Below the pieces are notes generated by a model, which saw only the letters and a list, made by a program, of their open reading frames with translations, was not told the DNA's origin and ran no database searches. The position numbers were made by a program, and so were the translations under genes. This document shows, piece after piece, positions 42,834-52,102 of a stretch of 64,000 nt of DNA. Positions within the stretch are counted from its first letter, which is position 1. Every line of letters begins with the position of its first letter. This DNA comes from Candidatus Moraniibacteriota bacterium (GTDB lineage: Bacteria > Patescibacteriota > Minisyncoccia > Moranbacterales > UBA1568): the NCBI GenBank assembly GCA_963778555.1, contig CAVZUR010000005.1:161756-225755 (forward strand). Direction: 5' to 3'.

Positions 42834-42873
42834 TTGACGGTATTTTTTAGCAGTCTATAATAGAGAGTGCTAA
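42834..42873 (+). promoter_or_regulatory. groEL promoter (TTGACG-16-TATAAT) overlapping a CIRCE-like inverted repeat (TTAGCAGTC-N9-GAGTGCTAA), a presumptive HrcA operator
   Basis: cTTGACGgtattttttagcagtcTATAATagagagtgctaa. CIRCE consensus TTAGCACTC-N9-GAGTGCTAA matches with one mismatch. The -10 lies inside the N9 spacer. Confidence 0.6.
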
Positions 42874-42902
42874 TGGCAGTGTAATCGGTAATTCTGAAAC
42901 CT

Positions 42903-44570
42903 ATGGCTAAGCAAATTATATACAGTGAAGAGGCGAGGAAGCGCGTGAAAGCGGGTATCGACAAAGTCGCCAATGCGGTTCGCGTCACGATGGGGCCGAA
43001 GGGACGCAATGTGCTGCTTGGCAAATCCTACGGTGGACCGACTATCACCAATGACGGCGTTTCCATCGCGAAAGAGATCGAGCTTTCCGATCCGTTCGAA
43101 AATCTTGGTGCCGAGCTCATTAAGCAAGTGGCGGAGAAAACAAATGATGTCGCGGGTGACGGGACCACGACAGCGACCGTCATTACCCAAGCTTTGGTTC
43201 GCGAGGGACTGAAGTTCGTCGAAACCGGCATCAGCCCGATTGGCATTCGACGAGGGATGGAAGCCGCCAAAGAGGCGGTCATCACGGCACTCCAGAAGAG
43301 CTCCAAGAAGATTACCTCCAAGGAAGAGAAAGTCAATGTCGCGACGATCTCTGCCGAGAGTGAGGAAATGGGCAAGATGATAGCAGACGTCATGGAGGCA
43401 GTCGGAGAGGATGGCGTCGTCACGACCGAACAGTCTCAGACGCTCGGACTCTCCAAAGAAGTCGTCATGGGGATGAGCATAGACCGCGGCTATATCTCCC
43501 AGTACATGATGACAGATATGGCGGCTCAGTCGGCCGAGATCAAAGACCCGTTCATTCTCATTACCGACCAGAAGATCTCATCCATGCAGGAAATCCTTCC
43601 GGTGCTTGAGAAGATGGCGCAGGGCGGGAAGAAAGATATTGTGATAATCGCCGAAGACGTGGATGGCGAAGCGCTGGCGACCCTCGTGGTGAACCGCTTG
43701 CGCGGAGTCTTGAATGTCCTCGCGGTGAAAGCGCCTGAATTCGGTGATAATCGCAAAGCAGTATTGGAAGATATCGCAGCACTGACTGGCGCGCAAGTCA
43801 TCTCGTCCGACAAGGGAATGAAGCTCGACGCAGCCGATCTCTCTATGCTTGGTCGGGCAACCAAAGTCATCGCGACCAAGGACGACACGACCATCGTCGG
43901 CGGAAAAGGTAAGAAGAAAGAGATCGAGGACCGTACCGCGCTGATCAAAGCGCAGGCGGATCGGGCCGAAGGGAACTATGACCGGGAACGACTCACGAAG
44001 CGTATGGCCAAACTGACCGGCGGTGTGGCTGTCATCAAGGTCGGTGCCGCGACGGAAACCGAGCTGACCTACATGAAGCACAAAATGGAGGATGCCGTCG
44101 CCGCGACCAAGGCCGCGATTGCGGAGGGTATCGTCTTGGGCGGAGGCGTGGCTTTTCTGAAGACTGCCCGGGCAGTGCATGAGAATTTTCTGAAGACCGC
44201 GGCCAAGCACGACAATGATTACCAGTCTGGCTATTTGACGGTTTTGAAAGCGCTCGAAGAACCGCTCCGTCAAATCGTGAACAATGCCGGCCAGCAGGAC
44301 GCAGCGGTCGTGATGAATAAAATCCTCGAAGAGAGCGCGAAGAAACCGAATCACGGTTATAACGCGCTCGAGGATCGTTATGAGTCGGACATGTTCAAAG
44401 CCGGTATTATCGATCCGCTGAAGGTTACTCGGACGGCTTTGGAAAACGCAGTGTCGGTGGCGGCACTCCTCCTGACGACCGAGGCTGCGGTGGTCGATCT
44501 TCCTGAAGAAAAAAAAGACGTCGCGCAAGGCGGTATGCCCGGCATGGGAGGCATGGGTGGAATGATGTAG
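42903..44570 (+). CDS. groL: chaperonin GroEL (60-kDa)
   Basis: It is canonical across its full length, including the GGM-rich C-terminus (GGMPGMGGMGGMM). No groES lies upstream. Confidence 0.95.
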   Translation: MAKQIIYSEEARKRVKAGIDKVANAVRVTMGPKGRNVLLGKSYGGPTITNDGVSIAKEIELSDPFENLGAELIKQVAEKTNDVAGDGTTTATVITQALVREGLKFVETGISPIGIRRGMEAAKEAVITALQKSSKKITSKEEKVNVATISAESEEMGKMIADVMEAVGEDGVVTTEQSQTLGLSKEVVMGMSIDRGYISQYMMTDMAAQSAEIKDPFILITDQKISSMQEILPVLEKMAQGGKKDIVIIAEDVDGEALATLVVNRLRGVLNVLAVKAPEFGDNRKAVLEDIAALTGAQVISSDKGMKLDAADLSMLGRATKVIATKDDTTIVGGKGKKKEIEDRTALIKAQADRAEGNYDRERLTKRMAKLTGGVAVIKVGAATETELTYMKHKMEDAVAATKAAIAEGIVLGGGVAFLKTARAVHENFLKTAAKHDNDYQSGYLTVLKALEEPLRQIVNNAGQQDAAVVMNKILEESAKKPNHGYNALEDRYESDMFKAGIIDPLKVTRTALENAVSVAALLLTTEAAVVDLPEEKKDVAQGGMPGMGGMGGMM

Positions 44571-44707
44571 CCGAAACTGATTCCTTCGAGCGGGTTACCG
44601 TGTTGGGGGGGGTGTGAGAATGAGACCTGATCCAAAGGCTCCCGTGAAAGGGAGTCTTTTCCGTTGCCCGAGGCGCGGAGTTTGGCAGGTCAGAGCCAGG
44701 TGTTACA

Positions 44708-45001
44708 ATGAAAAAGCAAGTAATGCCGTATTGTGTCAGGGGGGTCTCCAACGAGAAAGTGAGGTGCCATATGTCTCGTCCTGATGTGCTTGCCTACGCG
44801 AGAGATTGCCACACAGATATCCGCGGATTGCTGGAAGCGGCCTACTACAAGAAACACGGGCATCCGATTCCAGTCGGCGCTCTCGATACTGACGTCGCTC
44901 ATTTTGAAACGAAGAGCGAGCTTCCGGATTACATGCATGGTTTTATGCGCCGCCAAGACGTCGAATCGACGAATTTTCCGCCGATGACACGTATTGACTG
45001 A
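44708..45001 (+). CDS. hypothetical protein (97 aa)
   Basis: The SD AGGTG lies 6 nt upstream and a strong terminator lies downstream. It is His/Cys-containing with no recognisable family. Confidence 0.35.
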   Translation: MKKQVMPYCVRGVSNEKVRCHMSRPDVLAYARDCHTDIRGLLEAAYYKKHGHPIPVGALDTDVAHFETKSELPDYMHGFMRRQDVESTNFPPMTRID

Positions 45002-45037
45002 CTTCGCTCTTGGCGAGTGCCCGCAGAACCATGAACT

Positions 45038-45073
45038 CTTGAGTCTCCCAGCGCGGGCCTCAAGGGTTTTTTT
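45038..45073 (+). terminator. Rho-independent terminator
   Basis: cttgag-(14 nt)-ctcaag is followed by ggttttttta. Confidence 0.55.
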
Positions 45074-45141
45074 ATACGGCAGCAGTATGATACCGCAAAG
45101 CGGATACTGTATAATGGAAACAGACAAAAAATCAAAGAAAC

Positions 45142-46890
45142 ATGCGCATCAAACCCGGACAATTGCAGGAATTTCTTCTTGATTCGAATATCATCCCGAA
45201 GGACAAGCTTGAATCCGCTATCAAAGAGTGCGAGGCGGGAGGGAAGGAGCTGGCGGCATGCCTCCTGGAGAAGAAATACATCGAGGAGCCAGAGCTGCAG
45301 AAGGTTTATGCCTACGTACTTGGCATCCCTTTCGTCGACCTCTCGAAAGAGGCCATCTCGTTTGATATCCTTTCGATTATTCCAGAGCCAATTGCCAAGA
45401 AATACAGTATTGTTGCTTTCCAAAAGTCGGGAACCAATCTGAAGGTGGCGATGCTCAACCCTGAGGATATCCAGACGATCGACTTCATCAAGAAGAAGAC
45501 GGGGCTGAAGATCGTGCCATGCCTCACGTCGCGCGAGAGCATCCAGATCGTACTCCGCCAGTATGAGAAGAGCCTAAAAGCGGAATTCGGCGATATTCTC
45601 ACTGATGAGGTAAATAAGACGAAAGAAGAGGAAAAGACCGGCGATCTCGAAAAGATCGCTGCCGGACTTCCGATCATCCGTATCGTCGACACGCTCTTGA
45701 AGCACGCGATTCTGCAATCCGCTTCGGATATTCATATCGAGCCGCTCGAAACAGAGGTGATCGTTCGCTACCGCATTGATGGTGTACTTCACGACGCGAT
45801 GACATTGCCGAAGGATGTGGCGCTCGGTATCGTCGCGCGCATCAAAGTGCTCTCAAACCTGAAGCTGGACGAGCATCGCTTGCCGCAGGACGGCCGTTTC
45901 AAGATAGAGAAGGAGGACTATAAGATATCGTTTCGCGTGAGCATCCTCCCGATTTTCGACGGGGAGAAGATTGTCATGCGTCTCTTGGATGAGACGTCGC
46001 ATGGCCTGACGCTGGAGAAAATGGGCCTGGTGGGCGAGCCTTTGGAAAAAGTGCGGCGCGAGATCAGCAAGCCGAACGGCATCATCCTCGTCACCGGGCC
46101 GACCGGATCAGGTAAAACGACCACGCTGTACACGGCGATGGATATCTTGAACACGCCCGACGTGAATATCTCGACGGTCGAAGATCCGGTGGAATATCGC
46201 ATGCTTCGGGTCAATCAGACCCAGATCAGTCCGAAAGTCGGCATGACGTTCGCCGCAGCACTCCGGGCGCTGCTGCGCCAAGATCCCGACATCATCATGG
46301 TTGGGGAAATCCGCGATGAGGAGACATTGGAAATCGCATTACATGCGGCGATGACTGGCCACCTTGTGCTCTCCACGCTACACACGAACTCAGCAGCAGC
46401 GACGTTACCGCGCATGCTCGATATGGGCGCCGAGCCGTTCCTCATCGCGTCGACGGTCAATGTCATCATCGCGCAACGGCTGGTGCGGCGCCTCTGCGTG
46501 GAATGCCGCAAGCCGTATAAGCTCGATGCGAAAGAAGTGGAAACACTCGGTAAGTTCTATAAATTGGATGACATCCTCACGGTGCTGAAGAAGAATCCGA
46601 TGGCGAAGAAATTTGTTGAAAAAGCGGAGCATTGGGAAGACATTGATCTTTATAAGGCGGTTGGGTGCGAACAGTGCAACAATGAAGGCTATCGCGGGCG
46701 GATCGGCGTCTATGAAGTCCTCGAAATGGATACGGACATCCGGAAACTCGTGACCCAGTCGGCCACAAGTGAAGACCTCGAGACGCAGGCCAGAAAGAAT
46801 GGCATGGAAACCATGGTCGAGGACGGCTTCATCAAAATCGTCCAAGGTATGACCTCGGTGGAGGAAGTGATGCGCGCGACGAAGGAATAA
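45142..46890 (+). CDS. pilB: type IV pilus assembly / type II secretion ATPase (PilB/GspE family)
   Basis: It has the N-terminal GSPII_E_N domain, the Walker A motif GPTGSGKTT, the Asp and His boxes, and a C-terminal CxxC...CxxC tetracysteine. Confidence 0.9.
   Translation: MRIKPGQLQEFLLDSNIIPKDKLESAIKECEAGGKELAACLLEKKYIEEPELQKVYAYVLGIPFVDLSKEAISFDILSIIPEPIAKKYSIVAFQKSGTNLKVAMLNPEDIQTIDFIKKKTGLKIVPCLTSRESIQIVLRQYEKSLKAEFGDILTDEVNKTKEEEKTGDLEKIAAGLPIIRIVDTLLKHAILQSASDIHIEPLETEVIVRYRIDGVLHDAMTLPKDVALGIVARIKVLSNLKLDEHRLPQDGRFKIEKEDYKISFRVSILPIFDGEKIVMRLLDETSHGLTLEKMGLVGEPLEKVRREISKPNGIILVTGPTGSGKTTTLYTAMDILNTPDVNISTVEDPVEYRMLRVNQTQISPKVGMTFAAALRALLRQDPDIIMVGEIRDEETLEIALHAAMTGHLVLSTLHTNSAAATLPRMLDMGAEPFLIASTVNVIIAQRLVRRLCVECRKPYKLDAKEVETLGKFYKLDDILTVLKKNPMAKKFVEKAEHWEDIDLYKAVGCEQCNNEGYRGRIGVYEVLEMDTDIRKLVTQSATSEDLETQARKNGMETMVEDGFIKIVQGMTSVEEVMRATKE
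46838..46890 (+). repeat. direct repeat copy 1 (last 17 codons plus stop of pilB)
   Basis: tcgtccaaggtatgacCtcggtggaggaagtgatgcgcgcgacgaaggaataA recurs at 48405-48456 with two mismatches. Confidence 0.7.
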
Positions 46891-46960
46891 TTACTGTAAT
46901 GAGTTGAGAAATAGCGAAACGGCGGTTTTGGGAATAATCTGATCAAAATATAATATCATT

Positions 46961-48376
46961 ATGGGAAGCCGGAAGAGGGTAGTTGTTGTTGGCGTCATTA
47001 TTCTTTGTACGGTAGGCATTTTTAGTTGGATGTTCTCAAAACAATTAGGAATTGATTCAGTGTTACGACAAAAGAGCCTAGAAAAAGATATTCCCGCTGC
47101 CCAGCAATCCGAATATACTACTCTTGGGGTGAAATCGTCCGAGTCAATCGTCCCGCCACAAGGCGCAGCCGTGGCAGTCACAGCAACTGAAACTCCGGAA
47201 GTGGAATATATCCGAACAGTAGAAGTGCAGGGTACGCTTACTGGGGCGTATCGTGATATTAATAACATTCAGATTCTTTCAACAGGAGAACTTGCATACA
47301 AAAAGAGTGTTTTCCCTAAAGACGATCTTATAATTGAAGATGGGGATGTGAAGGAGTGGTTTTTTATTGGAGGCAAAGAAATTCCACACAAGGATACTCT
47401 TACTCCAGTAAAAGAAATTGGCGGTAAACTTACTTATTTGATCGATAGTGCTTCGATGAGTCGTAAGACTCTCGTTTTTGGGAACGACAGTAAGGCTCCA
47501 GACAGTTATTTTGAGAGGTTTGAAGATATAGGGGGAAAACTCGCATACATCTATCATAAACCAGACGAGCAGCTTGAGAGGCTTGTCTATGATGATAAGG
47601 AGATTGCAACCGCTGATATCTACTTCACGCTCTTGAAAGATGTTGGGGGCGCGCTTGCGTATGTGAAGCGCAGCAAGTCGACAGAACCTTCCAGCTACAA
47701 AGAAACTCTGTTTTACGATGGACAAGAAATAATAACCACTGGCACCCCTAAAGATGTCGAGCTTGTTGCTGGAATGCTCGCATACATTGTTCGCGATGAC
47801 ACCCGCAACAAGGACACGCTTTTCTACGGTGATAAACAGGTAGAGACCGCAGATGCAATATGGGGCTTGGCAAGTATAAACGGGAAGCTTATGTATCAAA
47901 TGAAGGACGACAAAGGTGTCTCGGTTCTTGTTGAGGATGGGAAACAGATTGCGGCTCTTGGAAACAGGTATACAACCAGGGACGTTGGGGGAAAACTCGC
48001 GTATACTTTCATAACTGCTGCCCCAGACAAGCAATCACTTCAAAATAAACTTATCTTTGATGGGGTTGAGGTGGCATCGTCCACCTTTGATGCTTTTCTC
48101 ACGGCAATGGCTGGAGAAACGATTTCAGATATCGAAGATGTTGGAGGTAGACTCGCGTATACTATCGAAGGTCATGAGTCAGAGGACTCTTTCTACTATG
48201 ACGGTAAGAAGGTTCTGACCGCTGAGATTATAGGCAATTCGTATCAAACGGTGGCAGTCGCCGGCGATTACTACACGCCCTACATTGCGAAGTCAATGAA
48301 ACCATTTTACTTTTTTGGAGCAAATGAAAAAGACGGCATGACCACATTCTCCGTCTATCGGATTACACCGAAATAA
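46961..48376 (+). CDS. hypothetical membrane-anchored repeat protein (about eight ~45-aa repeats with a D-x-GG-K/R-LAY core) on an AT-rich insert
   Basis: It has an N-terminal TM helix (VVVVGVIILCTVGIFSWMF) and repeats GGKLTYLI, GGKLAYIY, GGALAYVK, AGMLAYIV, NGKLMYQM, GGKLAYTF and GGRLAYTI. Its GC content is well below the flanking genes. Confidence 0.55.
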   Translation: MGSRKRVVVVGVIILCTVGIFSWMFSKQLGIDSVLRQKSLEKDIPAAQQSEYTTLGVKSSESIVPPQGAAVAVTATETPEVEYIRTVEVQGTLTGAYRDINNIQILSTGELAYKKSVFPKDDLIIEDGDVKEWFFIGGKEIPHKDTLTPVKEIGGKLTYLIDSASMSRKTLVFGNDSKAPDSYFERFEDIGGKLAYIYHKPDEQLERLVYDDKEIATADIYFTLLKDVGGALAYVKRSKSTEPSSYKETLFYDGQEIITTGTPKDVELVAGMLAYIVRDDTRNKDTLFYGDKQVETADAIWGLASINGKLMYQMKDDKGVSVLVEDGKQIAALGNRYTTRDVGGKLAYTFITAAPDKQSLQNKLIFDGVEVASSTFDAFLTAMAGETISDIEDVGGRLAYTIEGHESEDSFYYDGKKVLTAEIIGNSYQTVAVAGDYYTPYIAKSMKPFYFFGANEKDGMTTFSVYRITPK

Positions 48377-48404
48377 GGAGCCAGTTTCCGATATTATTCG
48401 AGCT

Positions 48405-48456
48405 CGTCCAAGGTATGACATCGGTGGAGGAAGTGATGCGCGCGACGAAGGAATAG
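48405..48456 (+). repeat. direct repeat copy 2 (duplicate of the pilB 3' end, reading frame and stop preserved)
   Basis: It translates as ELVQGMTSVEEVMRATKE-stop, matching the pilB C-terminus IVQGMTSVEEVMRATKE. Confidence 0.7.
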
Positions 48457-48458
48457 CT

Positions 48459-49967
48459 CTAGGTATTGCGGCCACCGAAGAGGCCGTCATTCCGGAGCGC
48501 TCGGCGAATATGCGCCTTGGCGTTTGCAGTCTTCACAAAGAGAAGCCAATCCCGGCTGGGTTTTTTCTTGTTTTTCTCCGTCAGGATTTCGATGACCTGT
48601 CCGTTCACGATATGCTCGTCGAGCGGGACGATCTTGCCATCGGCCTTAGCACCGGCTGCGGCATCGCCGATCTGGCTGTGGATGGCATACGCAAAATCGA
48701 TGGGCGTCGCGTCTTCGGGCAGATCGATAATGTCGCCTTTGGGCGTGAAGGCGAAGATGTGGTTTTTGAAGAAGTCAATTTTCAGACCCTGAAGAAATTC
48801 CTCATCGTCCCGTCCGATTTCTTTCTGCCAGTCCTGGAGCTGTCGAACCCACTCCAAGCCGTGCGGTTCTTTGGGTGAAGGATCTTTTTTCCGGGTAAAA
48901 AAGCTCTTCCAGCCACGCCGATCACGCTCGGAGTAGATCCAGTGCGCCGCGATGCCGAATTCCGCCTCCATGTGCATTTTTTCCGTGCGGATCTGAATTT
49001 CCAGAATGCGACCCTGGGGTCCGAAGACCGTTGTATGGAGGGATTGGTAGCCGTTCGGTTTGGGGAGCGAGATATAGTCTTTGATCCGGCCGACCATCGG
49101 GCGGTATTCTTTGTGGATGATGCCAAGGGCTTCATAGCAGTCGGCGACTTCCGGGACGATAATTCGAATCGCGACGAGATCGTAGATTCGTGTGATATCC
49201 ATATCGTGCCGCTCTAGTTTTTTGAAGAGCCGATAGAGGAATTTGGTGCGGCCGCTGATCTCGATCACCTTGATTTTGTCGCGTTCGAGGAGGCGCCGGA
49301 AGAGCGTGACGGTTTCGTCGATGTAGGCCTTGCCTTGCCGTAGGTAGGTCTCTTCAGTCTTTTTCGTTTCGGCATAGTGGATCGGATCAAGATACTGGAA
49401 ACAGAGGTCTTCAAGTTCGCCCTTGATCTCGCCGATGCCGAGTCGGTTCGCAATCGGTCCGTAGACTTCCATCGTTTCCCGGGCGATCCGCTGCTGCTTT
49501 TCGGCTGGAACATGCTCGAGTGTACGCATGTTGTGGAGTCGGTCTGCGAGCTTGATAATGACGACGCGGATATCCTTGGCCATGGCCAGGAACATCTTGC
49601 GCAGATTCTCGAGAAAGTATTCCTCATGCGAGCCGCGAAGCTTGATTTTGCCGAGTTTGGTGATGCCATCGACGAGATAGGCGACATCTTGTCCGAACCG
49701 CGTCTCGATCTCAGAGAGAGGAATGGGCGTATCTTCCGGGACATCATGGAGGAGGCCGGCGATGAGTGTGGTCGTATCCATCCCAATCTCTGACAGGATC
49801 TTGGCGACGTGGAGGGAATGGGTGATGTAGGGTTCGCCGGAACGGCGCAGTTGTCCTTCATGGGCCTTCTCCGCGAAGAGATAGGCTTCCCGCAGCAGCT
49901 TTTCCTGTTCACCCTTAAGAGGAAAGCGGCTCGCTTTGATGACGATATCGAGTGTGATGGCGTCCAT
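48459..49967 (-). CDS. bifunctional (p)ppGpp synthetase/hydrolase (RelA/SpoT homolog), short form ending after the TGS domain
   Basis: It has an HD hydrolase domain (HSLHVAKIL...HDVPEDT), a synthetase domain (...GRIKDYISLPKPNGYQSLHTTV...) and a TGS domain (FTPKGDIIDLPEDATPIDFAYAIHS). An in-frame alternative start at 50102 would add 45 aa. Confidence 0.85.
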   Translation of the reverse strand: MDAITLDIVIKASRFPLKGEQEKLLREAYLFAEKAHEGQLRRSGEPYITHSLHVAKILSEIGMDTTTLIAGLLHDVPEDTPIPLSEIETRFGQDVAYLVDGITKLGKIKLRGSHEEYFLENLRKMFLAMAKDIRVVIIKLADRLHNMRTLEHVPAEKQQRIARETMEVYGPIANRLGIGEIKGELEDLCFQYLDPIHYAETKKTEETYLRQGKAYIDETVTLFRRLLERDKIKVIEISGRTKFLYRLFKKLERHDMDITRIYDLVAIRIIVPEVADCYEALGIIHKEYRPMVGRIKDYISLPKPNGYQSLHTTVFGPQGRILEIQIRTEKMHMEAEFGIAAHWIYSERDRRGWKSFFTRKKDPSPKEPHGLEWVRQLQDWQKEIGRDDEEFLQGLKIDFFKNHIFAFTPKGDIIDLPEDATPIDFAYAIHSQIGDAAAGAKADGKIVPLDEHIVNGQVIEILTEKNKKKPSRDWLLFVKTANAKAHIRRALRNDGLFGGRNT

Positions 49968-50093
49968 AGGGGTGCTCAAAACGCGGAGTGGTATCGAAAA
50001 TGTGGCGGAGACTCTCTCACTTATTGAGGATGACTCCTTAGCTTGCTCATTCTGCCACGATTGCTGGCTCTCTTCAAGGAGTCCTGGCTGATA

Positions 50094-50121
50094 TTGACAC
50101 ATGCAACTAAGTTGCTACAAT
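50094..50121 (+). promoter_or_regulatory. near-consensus sigma70 promoter (TTGACA-16-TACAAT) for the fur-family gene; leaderless or very short leader
   Basis: aTTGACAcatgcaactaagttgcTACAATgtttccATG places the ATG 7 nt after the -10. Confidence 0.5.
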
Positions 50122-50127
50122 GTTTCC

Positions 50128-50547
50128 ATGCTTGAAGCCTGCATCGAAAAAATGGCTCGGAGCGATCTGCGCGAGACGGCGACGCGCCGCTCTGTTCTTC
50201 GTATCCTGCATGAGACTGCGATTCCACTTGCAGCACCTGACATCGTCCTGCGCTGCCATGCGGCTGGCCGGCCAGCGAATAAGACGACCATCTATCGCGA
50301 CCTTGTGTCGCTGGAGCGGGCAGGAGTGATTCGTCGGGTCATCCTGAGCGATCGGAAACAGCATTTCGAATTGACAGAACGCGGGCACCATCATCATTTC
50401 GTTTGTCTTGAATGCGACCGAGTGGAAGACATTCTCGTGGATGAACATAATCTCGAAAAACAGGCAACGCATCTCGCTCAACAAAAAGGCTTTTCTGTTT
50501 ATCGGCACTCCCTTGAATTTTTCGGTCTCTGTAAAATGTGCACGTAA
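50128..50547 (+). CDS. Fur-family transcriptional regulator (probably Zur, given the adjacent ZIP transporter)
   Basis: It has a winged-helix N-terminus, HHHHFVCLECDRVED and a C-terminal CxxC, which are the Fur-family metal sites. Confidence 0.8.
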   Translation: MLEACIEKMARSDLRETATRRSVLRILHETAIPLAAPDIVLRCHAAGRPANKTTIYRDLVSLERAGVIRRVILSDRKQHFELTERGHHHHFVCLECDRVEDILVDEHNLEKQATHLAQQKGFSVYRHSLEFFGLCKMCT

Positions 50548-50559
50548 ATGAAACTATGA

Positions 50560-51308
50560 TTGCAACCGTGTACATTTACACATTTTGGAAGCATCTTACT
50601 TGTGAGTGTGCTTTCGTTGACGGGGATCGCTCTCCTTTCATTCCGAGAAGAGATATTCCGGAAATATATTCCTGTGTTTATCAGCGCAGCCGTTGGTGCA
50701 CTCCTTGGCGACGCGTTCATTCATCTCATCCCGGAAGCTGTTGCGAATGGCGGGAATCCAAGTACTGTCGGCCTGCTCATCATTTCCGGCATCCTTTCAT
50801 TCTTCATTTTGGAGAAATTTCTTCACTGGCATCATCATGGCGAAGATGCTGAGGATGCGGGAATTCATCCGGTCGGCAAGCTGATACTGGTCTCGGATGG
50901 TGTTCATAATTTTCTTGATGGTGTCATTATTGCAGCGAGCTTTCAGTGAGTCTCCCGATCGGATTAGCGACGACGCTCGCTGTCGTTCTTCACGAGATTC
51001 CCCAAGAAGTCGGTGATTTCGCAGTCCTTCTGCACTCAGGTTATAGCAAAAAAAGAGCGCTGACCCTCAACTTTCTTTCCGCGCTGTGCGCTCTCTTTGG
51101 AGCAGTCGCATTCTTTGTGATTGGCGAGTTGGCCGCTCCACTCACCGCCCTTTTCGTTCCTTTGACCGCAGGTGGATTCATCTATATCGCGGTCGCCGAT
51201 CTCATCCCTGAATTGCACAAGACAACGCAGGGAAAAGACTCAGTCTATCAGTTAGCGGCTGTTTTGGCGGGCATCGCAGCGATGGCGGGGCTAGCTTTTC
51301 TTGGATAG
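50560..51308 (+). CDS. ZIP-family zinc transporter (ZupT-like), interrupted by a frameshift near 50940-50950
   Basis: The track ORFs 50560..50949 and 50946..51308 join across a frameshift. Together they give ...HLIPEAVANG...HHHGEDAEDAGIHPVGKLILVSDGVHNFLDGVIIAASFQ / VSLPIGLATTLAVVLHEIPQEVGDFAVLLHSG.... Confidence 0.7.
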
Positions 51309-51468
51309 CCAGCAGAAGAGGGCGTCGCTCACTGTTGGCCGGTAGATTCATCGGAGTGTACTATCAATCATCTATCTGGAAGTGGTTGATACTTAACTGA
51401 CAGGGGCGTAAAACCACAATTAATAGCATAAATAAAGCATTATTTTGAATCGAGTATTTAATCTGGTA

Positions 51469-51497
51469 TTGACAGAATAGCAATTTCCCTCTATACT
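51469..51497 (+). promoter_or_regulatory. consensus sigma70 promoter (TTGACA-17-TATACT)
   Basis: aTTGACAgaatagcaatttccctcTATACTgcg. Confidence 0.55.
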
Positions 51498-51512
51498 GCG
51501 CGCAAACAAACG

Positions 51513-51552
51513 GCATTACACAGAGTCAAATCAGCGTAATGCTTTTTGTTTT
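51513..51552 (+). promoter_or_regulatory. terminator-like hairpin plus U-tract within the 5' leader (candidate attenuator or riboregulator)
   Basis: gcattac-(16 nt)-gtaatgc is followed by tttttgtttt. It sits ~20 nt after the predicted TSS and ~50 nt before the RBS AAAGGAG of the ATG at 51600. Confidence 0.4.
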
Positions 51553-51599
51553 CCGTCAGATTTTTAACAACTTTTCGACAAACGCAAAGGAGAACGTGC

Positions 51600-52085
51600 A
51601 TGCTGTTTCATGATCAGTTGCCCGCCCATATCATGTGGACGGGCTATCCTCTCAAGCGAGGCGTTCGGCTCGGGCTCAAGGTCGTGCTGGTTCCCTGCAG
51701 CGCGATCGGCCATTCTCAGAACTACCGGGAACTCGAAATACACTTTTTCATTCCCGGTCACGGCGTGATGAAGGCCGAAAGCGGAATGACGCTCGAGCTC
51801 GAGGCCTTCGGCATCGACGGCACCCGGCGCGACCTGGCCGGCGAGCTCGATCAGGTCGGCAAGTTCATCCGCGGCTTTGAGGCTCGTTTCGACGGCGCGC
51901 GCAATGTCGATATTCGGCTGGTCTTCAGCGACAGCCGCATCGAGCCGATGCGCTGGATGTTCCGGCCGGTACAGGGCTTGAATCGCGTGATGGTTTTCGC
52001 CGAGGACGTCCCGTTGCGGGATGGACAGCCCTGGTGGACGGATCGGCCGCTTTTCGAAGGTGGCCAACAGCCAGCGGCAGCCTGA
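51600..52085 (+). CDS. hypothetical protein (162 aa) encoded in a GC-rich island
   Basis: The RBS AAAGGAG lies 7 nt upstream, with a promoter upstream and a terminator downstream. The translation is MLFHDQLPAHIMWTGYPLKRGVRL...HFFIPGHGVM.... I cannot assign a family; a cupin-like fold is a possibility. Confidence 0.5.
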   Translation: MLFHDQLPAHIMWTGYPLKRGVRLGLKVVLVPCSAIGHSQNYRELEIHFFIPGHGVMKAESGMTLELEAFGIDGTRRDLAGELDQVGKFIRGFEARFDGARNVDIRLVFSDSRIEPMRWMFRPVQGLNRVMVFAEDVPLRDGQPWWTDRPLFEGGQQPAAA

Positions 52086-52102
52086 TCCCTCAGGCGAAAA
52101 GC

